A stretch of 64,000 nucleotides of DNA from Mytilus edulis. Lineage: Eukaryota. The notes beneath the pieces are model-generated. The model was not told the DNA's origin, searched no databases, and saw only the letters and a list, made by a program, of their open reading frames with translations. Shown one piece after another: positions 50,333 through 62,841 of this stretch. The stretch lies in contig NC_092353.1 in NCBI RefSeq assembly GCF_963676685.1, forward strand, positions 50,592,001 to 50,656,000, in the 5' to 3' direction. Numbering within the stretch: position 1 is the first letter of the stretch; every line of letters begins with the position of its first letter. A program made the translations under genes and the position numbers.

Positions 50333-52864
50333 ATATGAAAGTTATAATGTTATTTCACCCTTTATATAGTTTTCCTTCATAACGTTATCAACATTTGATC
50401 ATAATTTGCTTTGCTTTTTCGCAGTAATCAGTGTCCTTTAATTTATCATGCAATTCTGTAACAGATCTATAATGACAGTTCATTCTAATACCTTAATACT
50501 AAATTTTGATCGAATATGTGAACAATCAGATGTCCGTCGGTCTGTTGTCTGTTATTATATTTTTCCTTCAAAATTTTGTTTACTTTCAAAGCCAGTACCG
50601 ATATATCAAACCAATTAAACATCAAGATTGATTCTCACAGTATTTAGATTATAGTTTCAAAGGAGAAGGTCCGGTAAAAGTTAATTTTGGCCTAAAATTT
50701 GAAGTGCACCTGATTAAAGATTTCTGACAATTTGATACACTTACTTGTTTGTGTCTACTTCAGTCGATTAAATTACTTTTAATTAAAAAAATTGAACTGA
50801 TTCTAGAATTGAATATTAGATATCAATCAAATATGCAATATAACGTAATTTTTCAAATGTTTTTTTTTTGGTTTAAAATGCAATAGGCTTCCTTCGTACA
50901 GTACAGATGCGGATCCAGAAATTTTCATAAGTGTGGGTCCACTGACTGCCTAAGAGGGGACCCGCTCCGGTTATGCTCTATAGTGTTTCCCTATATAATT
51001 AACCAATATTTTCCATAAAAGGGTGGGCCTGGCCACTTATAATCCGCCTCTGATACTAATATAAACGAATACTAGTACTGAAAGTACTCCCAATGTACTA
51101 CACATGTGCGGTCCTGGATTAATTACTTAATTAATATACATGTGTAGATCTTGGAGATAGGGCACGTATCTTACAACGAGTGGTACTGGGGTGATCTCTA
51201 GTCTGAAATTGGTCATTATTTTAAGCTGAATTGTGTATGATAAGGTCGAACCATATAAGATGAAATGTATGAAAAGGTTGCTGATTGATTCATAAGTACA
51301 ATGTATATCCAACTATTCAGATGTCGCTTTTTTCAAACCTCAAAGTCGTTAAACACCCCTGTTGAAGCTCCTCACTTATACAACAGATAATTGAAGTGCC
51401 CAATTTCTCTCTTTTTGAGCAGGGATCGAACCAGGATGTTTGACAGAGGGAGTAGGCAAACGTCTGTTTGACGATCAAATGCTAAAACAAAATCCTCTAC
51501 GCTCCAAGACACCCCTCCCACCACCATTACTGAGGGCAGATGCACATATATCTTTTACAATGGTGGTTGTTAGAGACTTGGTTTCTAAGGGAGCTACCAT
51601 TTGATTTTAAAAATGTTTAAAAAAAAAAGGGCAGGATGAAAATTTATGTAACAAAAGCCAAGATAAACTAATAAAAAAAGGCAGGACCGAATGGAGTGAG
51701 AAAAAAGGCAGGACAGAGATTACAACTAAAAAAACAAACAATGCAGGACAAAGTTTTTCATCCTAAATACAATTTCCCTAATTGAAAATGAAAATCAATC
51801 ACAAGCAACGTTGTCTATAATTTTGTCGGTTTGAATGCATCTGATAAAAAAATCAAACGTTCTCTTTCAAACGTGTTTCAGTTTTAAATAATTAGCCAGT
51901 AAGTCAAGTCGTGAGTGGTCGTTTTTTTTGGGGAAATAGATTTTCCAACTAATCCCACTTTAATGTTTGTCAAAACTTATACGTCTCTTCCTCTTCAACA
52001 CAGGTACTTGTTGACTTGATTTCCATCCCCTCGTTTTTATTTGATTAATTCTTTTTCCGGCATTCCGAGAACAATCAAATTATGTTTTCATCAAAATTTA
52101 ACACTTTAATGTATGGCGGAAATTTCATCTGCTTGACCAGAATATTTTTTTTCTTCATCAAATTGGGGATAAGAATTATTTAAAAAAAATAATACTCCCC
52201 CTCCCCCCCCCCCTTTCCTACCCCTTGAAATTTTAAAATTTTGAATGGTCGTTTTCTTACATGGCCTGTTGAAAATCAACTTTGCTAGGCTAACCATGGG
52301 TCACGACCCACTCTCCTCCTCTACACCTCTAACGCCAATAATAACGATACAGGTGTAGAGCAGGAAAGTGGATCGAAAGCTTTGGCTTCCGAAGATGGTT
52401 GAAAATAAACGTTTAAAACAATTGTCAATGTTTCAGTAAAGATATTAGAGAACCTTTGATATATTTGAAAAATGATAATCATAATCACTCTTTTTCCCTG
52501 GTCTCCCGGTACTGTTTTTATCAGGAACATGGATGCACACTAAAAAAAAGGATGGAAATTCAAAAGAAAAATTATTTAAAATTTAAAAAAAGGGGGAGGG
52601 CAATCAAATCAAATTAGTCAAATATTGATGAAGCAAAACCGGACAATCGATCCTTCAAATTGATGGTCCTGTTTGATTTTCGATCGATACTTGAAGTCAT
52701 CCGTTATTGGTATATGATAGTTATTCATATACATATGTATATCTCACGTGACCATGGTAAAACACTTAAATAACTATGTATATCTCCCCCGTCTTCACAA
52801 GCTTTTGTAGTTTTCAGAAAATAGCAGTTTAATATTTTTCATCCTGAAATCTATAAGATCGACA

Positions 52865-55800
52865 ATGGACGTTACATATAGGAGCACCATATTGCTAGTG
52901 GTTGTCTGCTTTGCAGCAGTAAACTCTAAACCTGGAATTGGTAGGTCAGTTTTAAACAGATTCAAATTTCAAGTCATTGTGCAACTCACTATTTTTTTAT
53001 TTTTCTTGACTAAAAGTTGTTACTTTTATTGCGTATAGCATGAAATTTAAAACAGTGTGGCTGTGGCCATTGATTGACACATTAAATTCATCCATTGACT
53101 GGGACAATTTACGTGAACGTTTGTCTGTAACGACCACTGTTCACGACGTACCTACGATAGCCATTTAAACAGTGGGGTCACCAAAGGTTTCTTAACACCT
53201 TTAATTATAAAATAATTCGAAAAATTAATCAGGAATAACCTTTATGTTTTGATTTATATAATTGATATAAATCAAAACATCGTGTTATTTCTGATTAATT
53301 TTTCGAATTACTTTATTAAGGTGTTGAGAACCTTTGGTGATCCCATAGTTTAAGTGTCTTTAAAAAGTACATAGTGAGCAGTGGTCGTTACATACAAACG
53401 TTCACCTAAATTGTCCCAGTCAATGGGTGAATTTAATGTGTCAATCAATGGCCATAGCCACACTGTTTTGAATTTCATTCTATTAACGATCTTGTTGTTA
53501 TTTTTTATTTTCATTTTGTTATGTTGTGTCACATACTATAAATATGTAGTTTTATGGCAATACAGATTTGAATTGAATTGTTAAAATGAAATACTGCTAT
53601 TCGTTTATGTTCTATAATATATGAATTGGATACAGCATGTTTTGTATGCGGTTAAAACGGTGTATTTCTACATTTGTAACACGAATACCATGGTAATATA
53701 CTTTTTATTAGACCCCAAACAAATTAATAACGTACCAATTCTCTTAAAATGCAGTTGATTAATTGATTTGAAATTTAAATAATACTGGGTTTTTTTTAAG
53801 ATAATTTCATGTGGTTTTTATCAGTAAAAGCAGTAGGTTCAGTAAGACCCCTTTTTTGCCTCAAAATATAGCAGTTTTACAAAATTGTGAAAATGTAATC
53901 TTTTATCTATTTATTGGAAAGTAGAATGCTTCTGCTACATAAATATGGACTGTTTTTGACAATGCAATGCACATATATCGGGAACTAGCATCATTAAGTC
54001 GTGCTAAATTACTGAAATCTTCACAATTTTAGCATTTTCGTTAAATTTTAGACGGTTTCCGTGTTAAATGAGAGTGACCGCATTCGTGTTCATTCATAAT
54101 ATTGAAATATAAGTTGTATTTGATGATAATACATAGCATATATAAAAGTTGAGGATGAACACGGATGCGGCCACTTTCATTTTTGACAAAAAACATCTGA
54201 AAAGTGACGTTTTTTGACATATTTGATAGATTTTTTATGTTTAAGCTTGAATCGGAGCGTTTTTAATGACTACATCAGTTAAAATCTTTCATATAAACTA
54301 ATTGAATCAATTGAAATAGACACTAAAGTGTTTAAAAAGTGTCCAAAATCTTTCGTTAGATGAACCTGAAATTTGAGGCCAATATCGGTCCTTACCGGAC
54401 CTACTCCTTTAAAATCGCATTATATTCATAAATAGAATTATGTTTTGATAGAGCATGGATGAATAAAATTATGGGGAAATATAAGTGTCCATGTTTTTAA
54501 AATACAAGTTTATGAAAAAAAACTAAAGGGAGTAGGTCCGGTAAGGGCCGATTTTGGCCTAAAATTTTAGGCTCATCTGACGAAAGACTTGGGACACTTT
54601 TTTAACACTTGATGCTAGTACCCGATATATGTGCATTGTATTGTCAAAAACAGCCCATATTTATGTAGCAGAAGCATTTTACTTTCCAATATATAACTAA
54701 AAGCTTACATTTTAACAATTTTGTAAAACTGCTATATTTTTCGGCCAAAAGCGGGGTTTACTTGACCTACTCCTTTCCGGAGTAAAAGGGAAGTCGTTGA
54801 TTTATCATAAAACAAATAGATACAAAAATGAGTGTGTATAGGTGAGAAAAATATATTAAAAATAACAAATATGTAGAAATATTTAGTGAAAGTGTTTTGA
54901 TACTGATACACAGATTGATTTTTTTGATATTATGCATAGACTAGAAAAAATATAGTAATAGGTGTAACACCACTAATTCGGGCCCGACCAGAAAGCACAT
55001 ACCAGAAAGTAGTTCATATTTAACACAAAATAGTTCCTACGTATGAGTGTAAATTTCACAATATGCAGAATATTTATGTATTTTTGGCATCAAATGAAAG
55101 CTGAAGGACTGGTGATTATTGTAGAACACTTTTGAACTTATAGTTTTGAATATTAAATAAACTGCACCAAATTTTAAAAAGAGGGTACATTTTGCCTGTT
55201 TGTCAGATCTGAAGCACCTTCTTTGGTACATCCGATGTTCCGGGAACCAGTTCTTTCTAATATGCCATTAAAGGTATGTAGATTTTTTCAGTACAAGACA
55301 CCATAAAGTATTGCTTTGACATGCAATGATTGCCACTTTATTTGAACTTAAATCAAAAGAGGTGTGCCTGCTTTAAATGGAGGAATTTAACATAGAAAGC
55401 AAAGGGACCATGAATTAGTGGTGTAATTCCAATACAGTACATGTATTAAAGAAGGGATGAAAAGACACAGCGAATATGCTTTAGACTTTAAAAATGTTTT
55501 AAAAAGATTTTCGGTTAATCAATCACTTGAGATTTCAATTATTTTAATTAAGGTGGTACCCAACACTTTAACTAAAATTAATTTGGCTCGTTTAATTTTC
55601 TTAAAATTTTGACAAAGTATTTACTTTAATCCTTTTACAAAAATATAAAAAATTCAAAAAATTTGAACCAACCGTTTTATCAGAAAAGTTACACTGGTTA
55701 TATAGCAGTTTGACAAACACTTATTTTGATCATTGAGAAGCTTGATATTCCCTTAACAACACAACGTAATTAAAACGTTTAGCTGATTTTACAGAGTTAT

Positions 55801-56826
55801 CTCCCTGTAGTGTTAGGTACCACCTTAAGGTATATTTTGTATCTTTCAGCAACGAAGCATGTCAATGACATTGGAGCCACAGCTGTTAGTCAGACAATAA
55901 CCGACCAAAACACATCAGCTAGTTCTATAGCGACTACAAGAGATTCAAACGTTACTGGTCAGACAACCGAACACTCCAATGTTACCATTCAAACAACGAT
56001 AACTCCAAATATTACGAAAGAACCGACAACGGAACATTCTAACATTACTGTAGAGCCAACAACTCCAAATTCAAATATTACAATGGAACCCGTAACAAAA
56101 GCATCAAACGTGACACTGAAACCAACAACGAAAACCCCAAATGTTACAGTAGAACCAACAACCACAAATCAAAATGCTACGGTAGAACCAACAACCACAC
56201 ACCCAAATGTGACAGTAGAACCAACAACCACACACCCAAATGTTACTGTAGAACCAACTACTAAAAACCCCAATGTGACAGTAGAACCAACAACCACAAA
56301 CCCAAATGTTACAGTAGAACCAACAACTAAAAACCCAAATGTTACAGTAGAACCAACAACCACACACCCAAATGTTACTGTAGAACCAACAACTACAAAC
56401 CCAAATGTTACAGTAGAACCAACAACGAAAAACCCAAATGTTACAGTAGAACCAACAACGAAAAACCCAAATGTTACAGTAGAACCAACAACGAAAAACC
56501 CAAATGTAACGGTAGAACCATCAACCACACACCCAAATGTTACTGTAGAACCAACAACCACAAACCCTAATGTTACAGTAGAACCAACAACTACAAAACC
56601 AAATATTACAGTAGAACCGTCAACTCACCCAAGTAATATGTCTACACCAATGACGAAACCACATCCAACAACACATGCAATATCGACCACTACAAAAAAG
56701 TATAAATTTAATGGTGCAAGTTTTGTAGGAGGAATAGTTTTGGGAGTCGGAGTATCAGTTGTTATACTAATGATTGTTTACTTTTTGAAATGCAGAAAAA
56801 AGGCTGCCGGTTACGATAGATTGTGA
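52865..56826 (+). CDS. CD164/porimin-like sialomucin, copy B; exons 52865-52940 and 55850-56826 (350 aa)
   Basis: Near-identical paralogue of copy A with an expanded 33-bp repeat; same TM signature; tail GYDRL. Confidence 0.88.
53036..53482. mobile_element. Fold-back MITE (same family as 34394-34839) in the mucin B intron
   Basis: About 220-bp inverted arms; absent from the paralogous mucin A intron. Confidence 0.88.
53829..54408. mobile_element. Kolobok-like non-autonomous element (AG..CT termini, TTAA-like target)
   Basis: TAAA|AGCAGTAGGT ... ACCTACTCCT|TTAA. Empty site in copy A (TCAGTAAAATTTAAAATCGC at about 47701). An internally deleted inverted copy is at about 54528-54775 and a partial copy at about 50660-50880. 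Confidence 0.7.
55552..55824. mobile_element. Kolobok-like MITE, TTAA TSD
   Basis: TTAA|GGTGGTACCCAACAC ... GTGTTAGGTACCACC|TTAA; inverted partial copy at about 58680-58871. Confidence 0.8.
56107..56634 (+). repeat. Coding minisatellite, 33-bp unit (NVTVEPTTxxP), about 16 units
   Basis: Read directly from the translated ORF; every unit starts with an N-x-T sequon. Confidence 0.95.
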
Positions 56827-59032
56827 ACCTAACAATTGCTTATAAGTATAGTTTTGGTAATCTCATTTGCTTAAATTAAATACTGATTTTTATATATAAG
56901 ACTACTATAGTTTATCCTAATGTCATCGTCTCGTACTATGTGAATTCCAATGATCATTATATATGTATGTAAAAGAAGGAGTTCATTATACTAGTATAGA
57001 TCAGTATACAAATCCTTTGAGCAGACTGACAAAATTTAAAAGGAAAGGAACAATTCTTTTATTCTTTTGCTTTATGTTAAAGTGAAATTGAGATTTTCAG
57101 CACATGAACAGTCACACATCAATGCAAGTTCATACGGATCATCAATTTAGGGAACACAAGTGAAACATTTCATTTTTCAATATATTTATTTTTGTATGAT
57201 TTACAATTTGAGTTTGTTATATAACCCCGTCGCATTATGTATGCATGTGCCTGTCCCAAGTCAGGAGCCTGTAATTCAGTCAGGTTGTCGTTTGTTTATG
57301 CGTTACATATTTGTTTTTCGTTCATTTTTTGTACATAGATAAGGCCGTTAGTTTTCCCGTTTGAATTGTTTTGCATTGTCATATCAGGGCCTTTTATAGC
57401 TGACTATGCTGTATGAGCTTTGCTCATTGTTGAAGACCGTACGGTGACCTATAGTTGTTAATTTCTGTGTCATTTTGGTCTCTTGTGGAGAGTTGTTCGA
57501 GACTTCCAACTTCAAGTTTACATTTTTAACAACTTCATATAAATACTATATGTTGGGGCCATTAAGGCTAAACATAAATAAGTGTGGTAAAATTCAAGTG
57601 TGGTCTTGTATCTTGAAAATCTTAATAGATTGAGAAAATCTGACAGGTGCCTACAATTTAAGAAAATCAAGATCTGAAGACTTTTGTCTGACACTCCGAG
57701 CGACACGTTATATTTTGATAAAAAATTAGTTTTAAAACCAATACATTTTAACTAAAAAGCTGTTATTTGATAAAATTCCATGATAGGAATTAAATTTTTA
57801 TATAAATCATTCTGGGGAATTTCGTCAAAAGTAGTTTATTTATTCAGATATTTGTATATGAAGCCTCCAAATCTGCTACACGGAAAAATAAGGAGAGGTG
57901 TTCGAGAAAACAGAGCACTGAAAACGTCTACTTCTGCTTGCAGGAAATAGATCATGCTTTGGTTCCTTCCGTGCAATACATTATATGGTACTAACAATTC
58001 TCAAAACAGACATTTGGATACTTAAACTTATCTTGATCGTTTTTCTTCACTTCAAAACCGCCACTCCATGTCAAACATAGCCGACACCCCGGCCACAAGG
58101 TGTTTATGTTTAGAATTATAATTGACAGACAGAAACTACAAAGAGCAAAAACAATCAGCAATACGTGTTCTACAAAACTAACAAAATGATGAATTAATCA
58201 AAATATAAATTTCAAATGTACATGGTGCATATTTTTTTTAAAAGAGAGGGAATGTGTCACGTGCACCGCGCTACCACCCCCGGATCCCGTTCTCTGTTTT
58301 TAAAATTCACTTTGCAAAAAGTAATATTTAAACTACATCAAGTACAATTCAATGGCAACAATAAATTCAAACAGACAATACATACGTGTAATGTTGTATG
58401 CAGGGGACGGATTCTGGACGTTTGAAGGGTTGGAGCATAATTTCCTCAAACTGAGCGTAATTTCCTTAAGCTGAGCGTAGAGAGGCGAATTGAATGCAAG
58501 CAAAATATTTTCCGATCAAACGGGGTGTAATTTGTCACTGATATGGTTAAGTATAAAAAAAAAAGAAGATGTGGTATGATTGTCAATGAGACAACTCTCC
58601 ACAAGAGACCAAAATGACACAGAAATTAACAACTATAGGTCACCGTACGGCCTTCAACGTTCTCTAACATTTATGTCGCTTCTCAATTATCAAAATTGGC
58701 GTTTGTCAAACTGCTATATAACCAGTGTAATTTTTCTGACAAAACAGTTGGTTCAAAAATTTTGAAATTTGTATATTTTTGTTAAAGGGTCAAAGTAAGT
58801 ACTTTGAGAAAATTTTATGAAAATTAAACGAGCCAAATTAATTTTAGTGCAAGTGTTGGGTACCACCTTAAAAGTGGAAAACAAATAAATACTAGATATA
58901 AGAAGATGTGGTGTGAGTGTCAATTAGAAAACTCATCCAAGTCCCAATTTGAACAAGTAACCCATGATAGGTAAAAATACGGTCTTCAAAACGGACCTTT
59001 TACCTCAATCTTTTGCACAACAACTTTGGTTA

Positions 59033-59327
59033 GGGAGCTACCATTTGATTTTTATGGGGGGGCTAGGATGAAATTTGAAAAAAATAGGCAGGACAGGAGT
59101 TATGAGTAAAACAAAAAGGCAGGATGAGACATTTGCAAAAAAAAAAAGTCAGGACGACAATTTAGGTAAACAAAAGTCAGGATAAACTAAAAAAAAAAAA
59201 AGCAGGACCGAACAGAGTGAAAAATAAAAAGGCAGGACAGAGATTACAGCTAAAAAAAAATGCAGGACAAAATTTTTCATCCTAGCCCCCCCCCCCCCCC
59301 CCCCATAAAAATCAAATGGTAGCTCCC
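59033..59327. mobile_element. PIF/Harbinger-type MITE, TTA TSD (same family as 11985-12280)
   Basis: Same TIRs and internal GCAGGAC repeats, flanked by TTA/TTA. Confidence 0.85.
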
Positions 59328-60855
59328 TTAATTGAAACCAATATGACAAGTATTTTCATTGGAAGATACAGACAAAGTTTAAACTTTTGGTGTATATCAG
59401 AAAGTCCTTCATCGACTTTGAGTTGGCTTCCAAATTTACATATCCGAATTACCATCAACAAGGAACAAAGTGCAATATACAACCTTGTTACAACAATAGA
59501 CTGAATAGAAAGACGGTCAGTTTTAGAGTCCTAAAGTGCTTTAATTCTTTTACATACTTTTCGTACAAATCCAGAAAGTTTTAACTGTAGTATACTTGCA
59601 AACATATTGACAATGTAAAAACTGAATTTATCATTATGGATGATCGCTTGTCATGTTTTTTTCGAAATTATTACAGGTTTTTCTGAATCCTCTGATTTTC
59701 AATGATCCCACTGACCCCAATTTGTTTTTATAAAACTTAAACTTGTTCTATAATAAAGCCTAGAAAAAATCAAGAGAGAACATTTCCCGCCAAGATTTCA
59801 ATGGTTAATATCTCGAAAACAAATAGAGAAAGAAGGAAATCATCATCGTGTGTGTTCAAAAAATTTATCTTATTCAAATATGCTACTAAATAAAACTGAC
59901 ACACTTGCGAAATGAGATCTAGAGTAAATCGTTTTTAATTCATTTTACAAGAAAATCCCAGGTCTACGCTCGTAAAGGACTTATACATGCAACAGAGAGA
60001 AAAACCCGTACAGGACACTTCATAAAAATAAAAAAGACATTCATAATTGTATGATTACCAATGAGACAAATATCAAAAAAAGTTCAAAAGAAGTGGATGT
60101 AAGCAATAGGCAACCGCACGGCCTTTGACAATGAAACATACCATATAGTCGGCTATAATAGGCCCCGACATGAAAAATGAGAAACAACTGAAAAAAGTAA
60201 TGGCCTCATTTCTAACGAAACAATTTACGAAAAAAACAAAGGAGAGACATGAACCAACAATACTAACCGAACCAAAGGCTCCAGATTCGGGACAAGCACA
60301 AACATAATGTTGTTTTTCTTATTTTTCTATTGTGATTTATATATACATAAAAAATCAATGAAATAAATCAGTAAGTACATAAATACTAAGTTTTAGCACA
60401 AAGAACACTCGTTTTGTTTTCATTCTACAAATCACATGAAAAAAAAGTGAGCCCAGTGAAATATGCTTATATATACATCGAATAATGGCAACCGGACGCC
60501 TCTATTTAGCATTATTTCACTTTTTGACGGGGTGATTATATTTTGTACCCAGCGACGCATGTACATAATATTGTATTTGAAAAAAAAGCCAATTAATGCC
60601 AATTGTGAATATTAAGTTGGTGCGTTCGAAGAAGCGCGTTCATTGAATTTCTTTGTTGCGTTAAATACAATGTCAAAGCTCTCTGTACGAAATGAATCTT
60701 TTGCAACCATATCAACGTTGAAGTTCTTGTTTTTCGTGTCAATAGAGCCTCTGCACAGAACATATAAATTCTGTTGATGGAATATAGTCCCTAGTGTGGA
60801 CGGTGTGTTACTTTTTGTATACCCTTTTAAATGTATTTCTTCATGTTGTATGTCT

Positions 60856-61082
60856 GAGAGTCTGGATGGGGGGGGGGGGGGGGGGGGGGGTGTCTATTAT
60901 TCTGTAAACATTTAATTTTCACCCCTTTTTTCTCTAATCTTTAAAGAATTAACCCCTTTTTTCTCTAATCTTCAAAAAATTAACCCCTTTTTTCTCTAAT
61001 CTTCATTTTTTTTGCCCGTTATTCTCTAATCTTCATTTTTAAGGGCATTATTCTTTAATTATTTAACCCCATTCAAACCCTC
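60856..61082. mobile_element. GAG..CTC MITE with 6-bp TSD (ATGTCT); second copy at 28187-28564 (TSD ATTGAA)
   Basis: Shared body with TTCTCTAATCTTCA repeats; both copies have 6-bp duplicated flanks. Confidence 0.75.
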
Positions 61083-62187
61083 ATGTCTCAAATAGCAAGT
61101 TAGGGGATGAAATTACACTGTAAAACAATTTGGGTAATGAATTTTAAAGTAAAATAGGTATTTGGTCCAGTTGAAAAAGGTTATAAATTAGCACTTCAGA
61201 AGCTGTCGAAAGATTTCAAGACCTCCTTTACGTATTTTAATTGTCCATATTTTGAGTTAGAGCCGATGAAGTTTTCTATAATTTTGATGTAATGATGTCC
61301 TAAAACTTTTAAAAGTGGTACAACACACTGTAAAAATATTATTGAGAAAGTGCAGGTGGGATTTTGTTTATTTTCATTTATTGTCTAAAAGAAATCATGG
61401 AAGTAATATATTGACAATATAATACTTCTATGAAGAAATGCACTACGAAATAACTGTGTACTCGAATCAGTTGATTGGTCATTTAGTGTTTGAATTCGCT
61501 TCCTACATGTTTACACACAAACAACGAAGTTTAATAACCAGTCCAAATCGGAAATGCATGGTTATAAAAAACAAATACGAAAGCGGCCTCGAAATTTATG
61601 AAACCATTGGAAGAAAAAATAAAACGCACCGAAACAAAACAGCAAACTCGAACTTTAAGTGAGTTTAAGAAAAAGGAACTGGTAAATAGAAAGCTGTTGT
61701 CTTTATAAGTCATCTGATACTCAATGATGGGAAACAGGGGAAGGGGGAAGGGGGAAGGGGCGTAAATGGCGGATCCCTATGATTGAAATATATATTTTGT
61801 AGCATAAAGTTGTGCCCTACATTCTGCTTACGGCATTCAGTGGCGGATACAGAACTTTTTGTAAAGCGGGGGGGGGGGGGGGGGGGGGGGGTTCCAGTTA
61901 TGCTTCTGTGATGCCCTATAATCAACCAATTTTTTCCCACAAAAGGGGGGAACCCGGGCACTCAGACACCCCCTGGATCCGCCTATAGCAGTATATGTAT
62001 CGTTTCCTGCAATTACACCATCCTTTCAAAAATCTTGGATCCGTCACTGATACTGAATAGAACCCGTAAAGTGGAAAGGGATTAATATAAGTTGCAAAAC
62101 TTGTTTCCCGATCCACTATAAATAAATATGTTTAAACTAAACTGAATAGAACATGTAAGTCATTCTGATCTTCATGACAGAACTATA

Positions 62188-62530
62188 CATGCTATACTAG
62201 TACAGCATGTAGAACATTAGCCATCGGGTGCAGTCTTCATTAGGATAATACTACAGAAGCTCTTCAAGGCCATGTACTATACTAGTACAGCATGTAGACC
62301 ATTAGCCGTCAGGTGCAGTCTCCATTAGGATAATACTACAGAAGCTCTTCAAGGCCATGTACTATACTAGTATAACATGTAGACCATTAGCCGTCGGGTG
62401 CAGTCTCCATTAGGATAATACTACAGAAGCTCTTCAAGGCCATGTACTATACTAGTACAGCATGTAGACCATTAGCCGTCAGGTGCAGTCTCCATTAGGA
62501 TAATACTACAGATGCTCTTCAGGGTCATGA
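62188..62530. repeat. 85-bp tandem repeat, 4 copies
   Basis: CATG anchor at 62271, 62356 and 62441; units nearly identical. Confidence 0.92.
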
Positions 62531-62841
62531 AGATATTTCGTTATCATTAAATAGATAAGTCTATAAAACTGTCTGTCAAATCCTTTATCACATATTAAAT
62601 TAGTCACTTGCTCGATTTTTGTTCTTACGTACATTAACTCGCTGATAGGACTTTTTTCCATATCTAAATGCGTCTGATGAATTACACACACTAGATGTGT
62701 ACATACGATTTTATCATCATTATCTATCAAAATCACGAGATACTCTCTTCAAACTTTAACCTTACTAGTGACTGCAGGTGGATATAAGTCGGGATATTTT
62801 ACAAACTAGTAGAAGAATTTTCAGTTGTAAAAATTAACATC

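Larger units (their letters stand above)
46400..57220 (+). repeat. Tandem segmental duplication of the mucin gene (about 46400-49565 and about 51855-57220)
   Basis: Shared upstream blocks (ACGTTCTCTTTCAAACGTGTT at about 46402 and about 51857), promoter, exon 1, intron scaffold and 3' UTR. Confidence 0.9.

Noticed and set aside
56104-56561. Antisense ORFs with repetitive Cys/Trp or Val/Gly peptides
   Set aside because: Shadows of the mucin coding repeat on the opposite strand.
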